DNA of 15,825 bases from a virus. Its lineage: Duplodnaviria > Heunggongvirae > Uroviricota > Caudoviricetes. The notes under the pieces are model-generated. The model was given only the letters and a program-made list of their open reading frames with translations. It made no database searches and had not been told where the DNA came from. How positions within the stretch are numbered: position 1 is the stretch's first letter; every line of letters starts with the position of its first letter. This document shows, in pieces, positions 7,677 through 15,288 of this stretch. The translations under genes and the position numbers were made by a program. The DNA lies in the IMG/VR virus record IMGVR_UViG_2565956713_000002. One strand, given 5' to 3'.

Positions 7677-8846
7677 ATGAAGAAATTAATCGAACTCCGC
7701 CAGCAAAAAACCGCCCTGAAAAACCAGATGCGATCCCTGCTGGAAAAAGCCGACAGTGAAAACCGCAGTCTGAACGCTGAAGAAGGCAAACAGTTTGATG
7801 AACTGCGTGCAAAAGCTGATGCCCTCGACACAGAAATTTCCCGCCTCGAGTCTGTGGCTGATGAAGAACGCAGCAAGCCAGGAACGGGCATCCAGAAATT
7901 ATCATCTGATGAATTGCGTAACTACATCGTAACCGGAGATGTGCGATCACTGTCCACCAGCACTGACAGCGGCAGGGATGGCGGATATACCGTAATTCCT
8001 GAGCTCGATCGCGAAGTCATGCGCCAGCTACAGGATGACAGTGTTATGCGCGTGATCGCGACCGTGAAGACCGCAAAATCAAATGAGTTTCAGAAACTGG
8101 TTTCCACTGGCGGCGCAACTGTAGGACGAGGCACAGAAGGCAGCGCACGCAGTGAAACCAACACACCGAAAATTGAACGCGTAACCATCAAGCTGAATCC
8201 GATCTACGCCTACCCTAAAACCACGCAGGAAATCCTTGATTTTTCAGAGGTGGATATTCTGGGTTGGTTATCCTCCGAAATTGCCGACACGTTCGCCAGC
8301 ACCGAAGAGGATGATTTTGTTAATGGCGACGGTAACGGCAAGCCGAAAGGCTTCATGGCTTACACCCGTGCGGCGACCAGTGACAAAACCCGCGCTTTTG
8401 GCACCATTGAAAAAATGGTAGCGGCAAGTGGAACCGCCATTACAGCGGACGAACTGATCGACATTCTCTACAAGCTGAAAGCGAAATACCGCAAAAATGC
8501 CGTCTGGGTGATGAACTCGGGCACGGCAGGGGCACTACAGAAGCTGAAAAATGAGAACGGCGATTATATCTGGCGCGACAGCCTTAAAGAAGGTGCGCCG
8601 GATATGTTGCTTGGTCGTCCTGTTTACTGCCTGGAGTCCATGCCGGACATCGGCGCAGGAAAAGCACCGCTAGCGGTTGGCGATTTCAGTCGTGGTTATT
8701 TCATCGTTGATCATGTAACAGGGATTCGCACCCGACCGGACAACATTACTGAACCCGGATTCTACAAGGTCCACACGGATAAATATCTGGGCGGTGGTGT
8801 GGTGGATTCAAACGCCATCAAAATTCTGGAAATGAAAGCTGGCTAG
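7677..8846 (+). CDS. Major capsid protein, HK97 family, with N-terminal delta (scaffolding) domain
   Basis: Coiled-coil-like N-terminus (LIELRQQKTALKNQMRSLLEKADSENRSLNAEEGKQFDELRAKADALDTEISRLE) followed by an HK97-fold-like body; context with protease and portal. Confidence 0.85.
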   Translation: MKKLIELRQQKTALKNQMRSLLEKADSENRSLNAEEGKQFDELRAKADALDTEISRLESVADEERSKPGTGIQKLSSDELRNYIVTGDVRSLSTSTDSGRDGGYTVIPELDREVMRQLQDDSVMRVIATVKTAKSNEFQKLVSTGGATVGRGTEGSARSETNTPKIERVTIKLNPIYAYPKTTQEILDFSEVDILGWLSSEIADTFASTEEDDFVNGDGNGKPKGFMAYTRAATSDKTRAFGTIEKMVAASGTAITADELIDILYKLKAKYRKNAVWVMNSGTAGALQKLKNENGDYIWRDSLKEGAPDMLLGRPVYCLESMPDIGAGKAPLAVGDFSRGYFIVDHVTGIRTRPDNITEPGFYKVHTDKYLGGGVVDSNAIKILEMKAG

Positions 8847-8856
8847 TCATGAGTAA

Positions 8857-8881
8857 GGAGGAGGCTGCGGCCTCCTTTTTC
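8857..8881 (+). terminator. Hairpin plus T5 run after the capsid gene (AGGAGGC-TGCG-GCCTCCT-TTTTT), likely a partial terminator
   Basis: 7-bp stem with tetraloop and five T residues, located between the capsid and protease genes. Confidence 0.45.
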
Positions 8882-8900
8882 AGCTTTATGGAGTACACCG

Positions 8901-9461
8901 ATGAAAAACACCGATTTTGAAATCCGCACATCTGAACTGACCGCCAGCAATAAAAAGCTGGTGGGGTATGCCGTTCGCTGGAACAGCCTTTCAGAAATTA
9001 TCTGGGACGAATTCCGCGAACAGTTCACGCCGGGGGCTTTTGCTGACTATCTGGCGACGGGTAATGATGTGCGCTGCCTGTATGAGCATGACTATACCCA
9101 ACTGCTGGGGCGCACCAAATCCGGCACTCTGGTACTGACTGAGGATAACACCGGGTTACGTTTTGAACTGACACCGCCGGATACCCAGCTTGGAAAAGAT
9201 GTGCTTACGCTGGTGGAGCGTGGCGACATTACAGGAATGAGCTTTGGTTTTCGCGCATTATGCGAGGAGTGGAGTATCGCGCAAAAACCGTATTTGCGTA
9301 CCGTAACCGCCGCTGAACTCCGTGAAATCACAATAACGTCGATGCCTGCTTATCCAGAATCTGGCGTGGAGATTGCCCACCGTTCGTTGTTTGCACAGCA
9401 CCCTGAATTATGCCCGACAGGAAATAATCGTCATCGCTGGTCTGAGCTGGCGGGGTTGTGA
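8901..9461 (+). CDS. Prohead maturation protease, HK97 family
   Basis: 186-aa protein with GYAVRWNSLS...FTPGAF...GDITGMSFGF, resembling the HK97 prohead protease family; GGAG RBS upstream. Confidence 0.8.
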   Translation: MKNTDFEIRTSELTASNKKLVGYAVRWNSLSEIIWDEFREQFTPGAFADYLATGNDVRCLYEHDYTQLLGRTKSGTLVLTEDNTGLRFELTPPDTQLGKDVLTLVERGDITGMSFGFRALCEEWSIAQKPYLRTVTAAELREITITSMPAYPESGVEIAHRSLFAQHPELCPTGNNRHRWSELAGL

Positions 9462-9462
9462 T

Positions 9463-10677
9463 ATGTGGTGGCCTTTTAGTCGTAAAAAAAGCGAGCAGCG
9501 TAACCTGTCCATTGATGATTTTCTGGCGCTGTCCGGCGTACCGAATACCGGATCCGGAGAATATGTTTCTGCCGGGACGGCTGAATCATTGCCTGCAGTG
9601 ATGAACGCGGTTTCTGTCATCGCTGAGGCGGTGGCCACGATGCCGTGTTATCTGTATCTGGTACGTAATGACAAGGGCAGGGAGGCGCGGGAATGGCTGG
9701 ACAGTCACCCGGTAGATATTCTGCTGAATGAGCAGCCTAATTCGTGCCAGACACCTTACCAGTTTAAACGCACAATGATGCGTCACTGCCTGCTGAACGG
9801 TAACGCCTATGCGGTTATTGAGTGGGGGCAAGACGGGCAGCCAAAATCACTTCATCCTTATGCGCCGGGGTGTGTTGTACCGGAACGCACAGGCGCACAC
9901 AAATACCGCTATACCATCACCGAACCCTATACAGGAACGGTGCGCACGTATTTACAGGAAGAAGTTCTGCATCTCCGCTATGCCTCGGATGATGGCTTTC
10001 TGGGGCGTTCCCCTGTCACGATTTGCCGTGAGGCGCTTGGGCTTGGCCTTGCTCAACAGCGCCACGGAGCCAGCATTATGAAAGATGGCATGATGGCGGC
10101 AGGGATTATCACGTCAGGCGAATGGCTGGACGGCGTGAAAGGTAAACAGGCATTAGATGCTCTGGAACGCTACAAGGGGGCGAAAAATGCCGGAAAAACG
10201 CCAATCCTTGAAGGGGGCATGGATTACAAGCAACTGGGAATGAGTAACCAGGATGCGGAATGGCTGGCCTCCCGTCGCTTCTCCATTGAAGACATCGCCC
10301 GCATGTTCAACGTATCGCCTATTTTTCTGCAGGAATACAGCAACAGCACCTACAGCAATTTCAGCGAGGCAAGCCGCGCGTTTCTGACCATGACAATGCG
10401 CCCATGGCTGGCGAACTTCGAACAGCAAATCAAGGCCGCTTTGCTGGTGGCTTCTCCCGTACCTGGTACCCGTTATCTGGTTGAGTTTGATTCAGCCGAT
10501 TTATTACGCGCCACACCCACCGAACGTTATGCCACGTATGAGAAAGGGATTAAGAACGGGATCATGAATCCGAACGAAGCCCGTGAGCGTGAGGGTATGC
10601 CGCCGCGTGAAGGTGGTGATGAGTTCAGCCAGGCATGGAAACAGACTGTGGAAATTAAAGGGAGAAAAGATGAGTGA
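9463..10677 (+). CDS. Portal protein, HK97 family
   Basis: FSIEDIARMFNVSPIFLQEYSNSTYSNFSEASRAFLTMTMRPWLANFEQQ matches the conserved portal core. The ATG at 9463 directly abuts the protease stop; the ORF-track start at 9373 was trimmed. Confidence 0.85.
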   Translation: MWWPFSRKKSEQRNLSIDDFLALSGVPNTGSGEYVSAGTAESLPAVMNAVSVIAEAVATMPCYLYLVRNDKGREAREWLDSHPVDILLNEQPNSCQTPYQFKRTMMRHCLLNGNAYAVIEWGQDGQPKSLHPYAPGCVVPERTGAHKYRYTITEPYTGTVRTYLQEEVLHLRYASDDGFLGRSPVTICREALGLGLAQQRHGASIMKDGMMAAGIITSGEWLDGVKGKQALDALERYKGAKNAGKTPILEGGMDYKQLGMSNQDAEWLASRRFSIEDIARMFNVSPIFLQEYSNSTYSNFSEASRAFLTMTMRPWLANFEQQIKAALLVASPVPGTRYLVEFDSADLLRATPTERYATYEKGIKNGIMNPNEAREREGMPPREGGDEFSQAWKQTVEIKGRKDE

Positions 10678-10972
10678 AGCCAGAATTACACCTGATGAAG
10701 TCAGGGCACATCTTCGACTTGATGATGATTTATCCGGTGAAGGCGAACTTCTGAAAATGTATACCGATGCGGCGCTGGAAGCCTGCCAGAAGCATATCGG
10801 GAAACGTTTTGAAGACGGGCTGGAATTTACCCCGGCAATGCGTGTTGGTTGCCTGATGTACATCGCTTTCCTGTACGAGAACCGGGAAGCGGTTTCACCA
10901 GTGGAGCACTCGGAACTGCCTATGGCTATTTCTGCGCTCTGGTCAGTTTATCGTGACGTAGGGGTGTACTGA
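10670..10972 (+). CDS. Head-tail connector protein (gp6-like)
   Basis: ARITPDEVRAHLRLDDDLSGEGELLKMYTDAALEACQKHIGKRF resembles the gp6-like connector family; start overlaps the portal stop. Confidence 0.6.
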   Translation: MSEARITPDEVRAHLRLDDDLSGEGELLKMYTDAALEACQKHIGKRFEDGLEFTPAMRVGCLMYIAFLYENREAVSPVEHSELPMAISALWSVYRDVGVY

Positions 10973-11412
10973 TGCCGTGGCAACCATTAAGGCGATGCAC
11001 TGAGCCTGGCTGTAATAAGCGCGTGAAGTCCGGCAAGTGTGAAGAGCACAGGCGGGCTGCATGGCGTGCAGAGGATGCCAGACGGGGACACCGCCGCGCG
11101 CGCGGGTATTCCCGACAGTGGGACAAATACCGCGCCCTGTACCTGAGCAAAAACCCGTTATGCGTGCGTTGTCTGGCTAAGGGGATTTATACGCCAGCTC
11201 TTGTGGTGGATCACATCATTCCCATCAATGGCGGCGGTGATGTTCTCTTCTGGCCTGAGTGGAATCACCAGGCATTGTGCCAGACGTGCCACAACCGTAA
11301 GACGACACGGGAAGATCCAGCCACGAAAGCAAACCGTAAAGCGGGCATGTATCGCGAGCAGGAAGAACGGGCGGCACACCGTAACGACTGGATGTATGGC
11401 GATGATGACTGA
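10972..11412 (+). CDS. HNH endonuclease (packaging-associated)
   Basis: Cys-rich motifs CTEPGCNKRVKSGKCEEH and VDHIIPINGGGDVLFWPEWNHQALCQTCHNRK (HNH with zinc-binding cysteines); position beside the terminase genes. Confidence 0.8.
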   Translation: MPWQPLRRCTEPGCNKRVKSGKCEEHRRAAWRAEDARRGHRRARGYSRQWDKYRALYLSKNPLCVRCLAKGIYTPALVVDHIIPINGGGDVLFWPEWNHQALCQTCHNRKTTREDPATKANRKAGMYREQEERAAHRNDWMYGDDD

Positions 11413-11581
11413 ACAGGAGCAAACCAGGCTGATACGTGGACTGATAAGGCAGCGTGACACATGGAAGACACAGGAGACAGAGCACAAAGCCAACAGGACA
11501 GGGCGCACAAAACGCACCACAGCGAAGCGATTAACCGACCGTGACCGCGAGGTCATGGAATGTTTTCGCAATCGCTGGTGA

Positions 11582-11700
11582 GGCCGTCAGAGGGGGTGGG
11601 GGTGGTTTTCAGGACGAAACCGTCCCTGCCGGACACCGACCGCCCCCTCAAATTTTTGTGCACGGTAATTTTTTTGAAAATAATTGGGCGAAAAAAGAAC
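11582..11700. other. Candidate cos/packaging-site region: G-run inverted repeat (GAGGGGGTGG ... CCGCCCCCTC) and an internal hairpin, between HNH and terS
   Basis: Inverted G/C-rich arms read directly, with an internal AGGACG-AAAC-CGTCC hairpin. In HK97-like cos phages that pair an HNH gene with terminase, cos lies just upstream of terS. Confidence 0.3.
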
Positions 11701-12057
11701 ATGGCAAGACCACCAAAAGCCCCCGCTTACCTGGATGAAATCGCGGTCAGGCAGTGGAAGGAAAAATCGCGCCAGCTTTCCGGGCGGGAAGACCTTACCC
11801 CCGCCGACTGGAGCAATCTGGAACTGTATTGTGTTAACTACTCCATATACCGCAAAGCCGTCGAAGACCTTGCGACGCGCGGGTTCAGCATTGTTAACAG
11901 TCAGGGTAGCGAGAGCAGAAACCCCGCACTGAGCGCAAAGGCTGACGCAGAAAGAATAATGATCAAAATGGCTTCTTTGCTGGGTTTTGACCCGGTAAGC
12001 CGTCGCAGAAATCCACCGGAAACAGAGGAAGAGGACGAACTTGACCGCCTGGCATGA
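11701..12057 (+). CDS. Terminase small subunit (P27-like family)
   Basis: 118-aa protein MARPPKAPAYLDEIAVRQWKE...DLTPADWSNLELYCVNYSIYRKAVEDL; position immediately upstream of terL. The ORF-track start at 11560 was trimmed to the internal ATG. Confidence 0.7.
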   Translation: MARPPKAPAYLDEIAVRQWKEKSRQLSGREDLTPADWSNLELYCVNYSIYRKAVEDLATRGFSIVNSQGSESRNPALSAKADAERIMIKMASLLGFDPVSRRRNPPETEEEDELDRLA

Positions 12058-13702
12058 GTACGCAGAAGGCGTAAAAAACGGCAAAATTACGGCCTGTAAA
12101 CGACTGAAACAGGCCGTTAAACGGTATTTTTCTGACCTTGAAAACTCCCTTTACACGTTCGATCCGGAGGTCGTGGAGCGGTTTATTGCCTTTTCCCGGG
12201 TGTGTCCGCACGTAAAAGGCGCAATGCGCGGTAGTCCCATTGAACTGGAGCCGTGGCAGCAGTTCGCCTTTGCCTGCATCCTGGGCTTTAAGGTTAAGGC
12301 CACCGGACGGCGCAAATACACCAGCGCATTCATTGAAGTACCGCGAAAAAATGCCAAATCCACGGTCGCCGCTATCCTGGCTAACTGGTTTCTGGTTATG
12401 GAAAACGGGCAGCAGGATATTTACACCGCCGCCGTGAGTCGTGATCAGGCGCGGATCGTGTTTGATGATGCGCGTCAGATGTGCCTTTTATCCCGACCGT
12501 TACGAAAGCGGGTAAATATTCAGGCACACAAGGTGATACACCCGAAAACCAACAGCCTGTTAAAGCCACTGGCAGCAAAAGCGGCAACCATTGAAGGTAC
12601 AAATCCGAGTCTTGCCATTGTGGATGAATATCACCTGCACCCTGACAACGGGGTTTATTCCGCACTTGAGCTGGGGATGGGGGCGCGTCCGGAGGGGCTG
12701 TTATTTGCCATCACCACATCGGGGAGCAACGTTGTTTCAGCCTGTAAACAACACTATGACTATTGCTGTCAGATACTGGATGGTGAAGAGGTGAACGAAT
12801 CCATGTTCGTTCTGATTTATGAGCTGGATGATGAAAGCGAGGTTGACGATCCGGCGATGTGGATAAAGGCGAATCCCAATATCGATGTTTCCGTAGATCG
12901 TGAAAAACTGGCCTCAACCATCCAGAAAGCGCGGGGTATTCCGTCGCAGTGGGTGGAAATGCTCACCAAGCGATTCAATATCTGGTGTCAGGGGGCTACG
13001 CCGTGGATGGGTAACGGTGCATGGGCTGAGTGCGCCGGAACGTTCACGGAGGAAGATTTACACGGTCAGGAGTGTTACGCGGGGCTTGATTTATCATCCA
13101 CAAGCGACATCTCCAGCGTGTGCTATGCCTTTCCGGTTGGTAAAACCATTATGCTGGTTTCTCGTCACTATCTGCCGGAATTTCAGCTACAGAACCCCGC
13201 CAATAAAAACCGCGCCATCTATCGCCAGTGGGCAAAGGCGGGCTGGATACGCACAACACCGGGTGACTGCATTGATTATGACCGTATCCGTGATGACATC
13301 ATGGCGGATGCAGAGAATTTCAATATCAGGCTGGTGGGCTTTGATACGTGGAACGCCACGCACCTGAGAACGCAGTTACAGGGGGCAGGCTTTGAGGTGG
13401 AGCCGTTCCCGCAAACCTACCTTCGTTTCAGTCCGGCGGCGAAATCGTTCGAGGTTTTTGTTAACCGGAAGGTGATTGTGCATCGTGGTGATCCGGTGCT
13501 GGCCTGGTCAATGAGTAATGTTGTGATGCAGAGTGACGCGAACGCCAATATCAAGCCGAACAAGAAAAAATCATCCAACAAGATAGACCCGAGCGTTGCG
13601 GCGCTGATGGCGTTTGGCACATTCCAGGCTGAGCATGAGGAATTTGCATTTGATATGAGCGACAGCCAGAAAGAGCGACTAGCGGCATTTGATGGGGTAT
13701 GA
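12041..13702 (+). CDS. Terminase large subunit (ATPase plus nuclease)
   Basis: 553-codon ORF with Walker A-like VPRKNAKST, Walker B-like LAIVDEYHL and C-terminal nuclease-like acidic motifs (GLDLSSTSD, VGFDTWN). The ORF begins with TTG at 12041, overlapping terS by 17 nt; the start is uncertain. Confidence 0.85.
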   Translation: MTAWHEYAEGVKNGKITACKRLKQAVKRYFSDLENSLYTFDPEVVERFIAFSRVCPHVKGAMRGSPIELEPWQQFAFACILGFKVKATGRRKYTSAFIEVPRKNAKSTVAAILANWFLVMENGQQDIYTAAVSRDQARIVFDDARQMCLLSRPLRKRVNIQAHKVIHPKTNSLLKPLAAKAATIEGTNPSLAIVDEYHLHPDNGVYSALELGMGARPEGLLFAITTSGSNVVSACKQHYDYCCQILDGEEVNESMFVLIYELDDESEVDDPAMWIKANPNIDVSVDREKLASTIQKARGIPSQWVEMLTKRFNIWCQGATPWMGNGAWAECAGTFTEEDLHGQECYAGLDLSSTSDISSVCYAFPVGKTIMLVSRHYLPEFQLQNPANKNRAIYRQWAKAGWIRTTPGDCIDYDRIRDDIMADAENFNIRLVGFDTWNATHLRTQLQGAGFEVEPFPQTYLRFSPAAKSFEVFVNRKVIVHRGDPVLAWSMSNVVMQSDANANIKPNKKKSSNKIDPSVAALMAFGTFQAEHEEFAFDMSDSQKERLAAFDGV

Positions 13703-13992
13703 CGAGAATGACTGAAACCGATCTACTAAAAATAATTCGCTGCGTTACCGGAGTCTGCCAGGCAACAGGCAAACCGGAGGCCAAGCAGCCGGATACCGTC
13801 ACCGCTGAAAATTACGCGCGTGTGGTGGCTAAGGTGATGCGCCGTGACGGTATTGAGCTTAACGGCGTGGATATGCGCAACATACGAACCAGAGTCCTTG
13901 AGTTGCTGGCATACCGTCGCCGTTCTCAACAACGGAGGGAGAGCGCGAAAAATACTTACCAGTGGAAGAAGCCGGAACGGTTGCGGCGGTAG
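13699..13992 (+). CDS. Hypothetical protein (97 aa), last gene of the element
   Basis: ORF whose start overlaps the terL stop (ATGA). Basic C-terminus; no recognisable motif. Confidence 0.45.
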   Translation: MTRMTETDLLKIIRCVTGVCQATGKPEAKQPDTVTAENYARVVAKVMRRDGIELNGVDMRNIRTRVLELLAYRRRSQQRRESAKNTYQWKKPERLRR

Positions 13993-14331
13993 ATTCCTGA
14001 TATTCAGGAAAACCACGAATCTGTGGGTTTTACTGGCGCGGTTACGGCGGTGACACGCACCGAGGCAGAACAATTACCGTAGGTTAAAGCGACAGTATTC
14101 ACACCAAAGGCAGAAATTAGCGGTTAACGTAACTGACTGATATTTTCAGGAACAGCCAACGGCTGAGGCCGGAGCTATAAGAATAGCTTTGGGTACAGTC
14201 CTCAGTTTTGAGGGATGTTAACCAACTGAATAATAAGCAAACCTCAAAATTGAGTTTTGTATCTGCCTGAGTTATTTCTGTGCTAACTTGTTGATATTCC
14301 CGACGGCCCAAAAATGGGTTGGCTGGTTGGT

Positions 14332-14449
14332 GAGTTGCAGATTTGCAACTCGACCATGAAACTACGGAAACTACCCGTAGTTTGGGTAGTAAGAGCAACA
14401 CCCAGATTTTGGGGCTTACTCGCGATCCCCAAATAAAGGGGATCGGTGG
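14332..14449. repeat. 118-bp direct repeat, copy 1 (starts with near-palindrome GAGTTGCAGATTTGCAACTC)
   Basis: Direct comparison with 14766..14883 shows 6 mismatches in 118 bp. Contains AAACTAC x2 followed by GTAGTTT and GGTAGT, and a GATCCCC-AAATAAA-GGGGATC hairpin. Confidence 0.85.
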
Positions 14450-14478
14450 CATCACTGGCCCCACTTTCCTGATGTGTT

Positions 14479-14632
14479 TGCGGGTTATTTGGGAGAGGTT
14501 GCGGGTTATTTTGAATGACTTGCGGGTTACGATTTGGCTAACATTTGAACATGTCATTTTTCAACGCATTGATATTAAATAATAAAAAATACTTAGCACG
14601 CGAAGATAACCCGCTAACCCGCATAACCCGCA
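14479..14632. repeat. Second iteron cluster: 3 direct TGCGGGTTA copies at exact 21-bp spacing, a ~75-bp AT-rich spacer, then 3 inverted TAACCCGC copies
   Basis: Direct copies at 14479, 14500 and 14521; inverted copies at 14607, 14615 and 14624. Same 9-mer as the origin at 6523..6647. Confidence 0.65.
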
Positions 14633-14765
14633 CTGTTTTGTATATATATACGAAAAATTGCATTCAGGAGGGGTAGCAAAATCCCTACCGTCTCTTATCT
14701 CTTGGAGTGCCCGCCTCTTCGAATTTTAACCCCCGTGAAATTACAAAATTTCCCTGACTGATGGC

Positions 14766-14883
14766 GAGTTGCAGATCTGCAACTCGACTATGAAACTACG
14801 GAAACTACCCGTAGTTTGGGTAGTAAGAGTAACACCCAGATTTTGGGGCTTACTTGCGATACCCAAATACAGGGGATCGGTGG
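14766..14883. repeat. 118-bp direct repeat, copy 2 (starts with perfect 20-bp palindrome GAGTTGCAGATCTGCAACTC)
   Basis: About 95% identical to copy 1, 434 bp downstream. The 20-mer at 14766..14785 is its own reverse complement. Confidence 0.85.
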
Positions 14884-15288
14884 AAGAAATATCGTTTCTC
14901 ATATGTGAGTACCGAGGGCGGAATTCCGCCTTCGGTTACTTATTGTGCTCATGCACAGGGAGGGGCGGGTCAAATCTCTGTACCCTGACGTCTTCCGGAC
15001 TGCCCGCTCCATCGATTTTTTATACCCGCGAAAAATGCTTCACGCTGGTGGGCATGATGCGTGGGGATGCTGATAATGGGTTATTGTGGGATAGATGTCT
15101 CATACAATAAGAGATTCATAATTTGCTTTTTAATACTGTTATACTCGCCGCCTTTCTACCGTGCTCATGCTTTCGCATATTTTCGGCTTTGTGCAATAAT
15201 CCGTATATCACTCGGTGTATCACTTTTAGCTAAAATGCATGGCGTGTTTGTTAATTTAACTGATTAAAATCAGTGGGATATAAAGTTT

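Larger units (their letters stand above)
1..15060 (+). mobile_element. Integrated phage satellite, capsid-forming PICI-like (int, alpA, rep, ori, HK97 head and terminase module; no tail or lysis genes). Right boundary approximate; left att site lies outside the window
   Basis: Gene order and content seen in the ORF translations; co-directional tightly packed genes; core gene hpt follows. The right end is placed where gene-free repeat DNA gives way to the hpt upstream region, and is not defined by an identified att repeat. Confidence 0.55.

Noticed and set aside
11582-11700. P2/P4-type cos site (GGCGAGGCGGGGAAAGCAC-like)
   Set aside because: That sequence was not found in the window; the element has its own HK97-type terminase, so a different cos is expected.
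14332-14883. Retron-like ncRNA (msr-msd) as an explanation for the structured repeats
   Set aside because: No reverse transcriptase gene anywhere in the window, and the repeats are not followed by any ORF.
14117-15267. ORFs in the right arm (14117..14557 minus; 14343..14582, 14769..15110 and 15061..15267 plus)
   Set aside because: They run straight through the palindromes, the 118-bp repeats and the iterons, have no RBS, and give low-complexity translations; the last overlaps the hpt upstream region.
13993-15288. tRNA or tmRNA gene fragment marking the att site
   Set aside because: No T-loop-like GGTTCGAATCC-type motif or cloverleaf-compatible segment was seen by eye. Not excluded without a proper scan.
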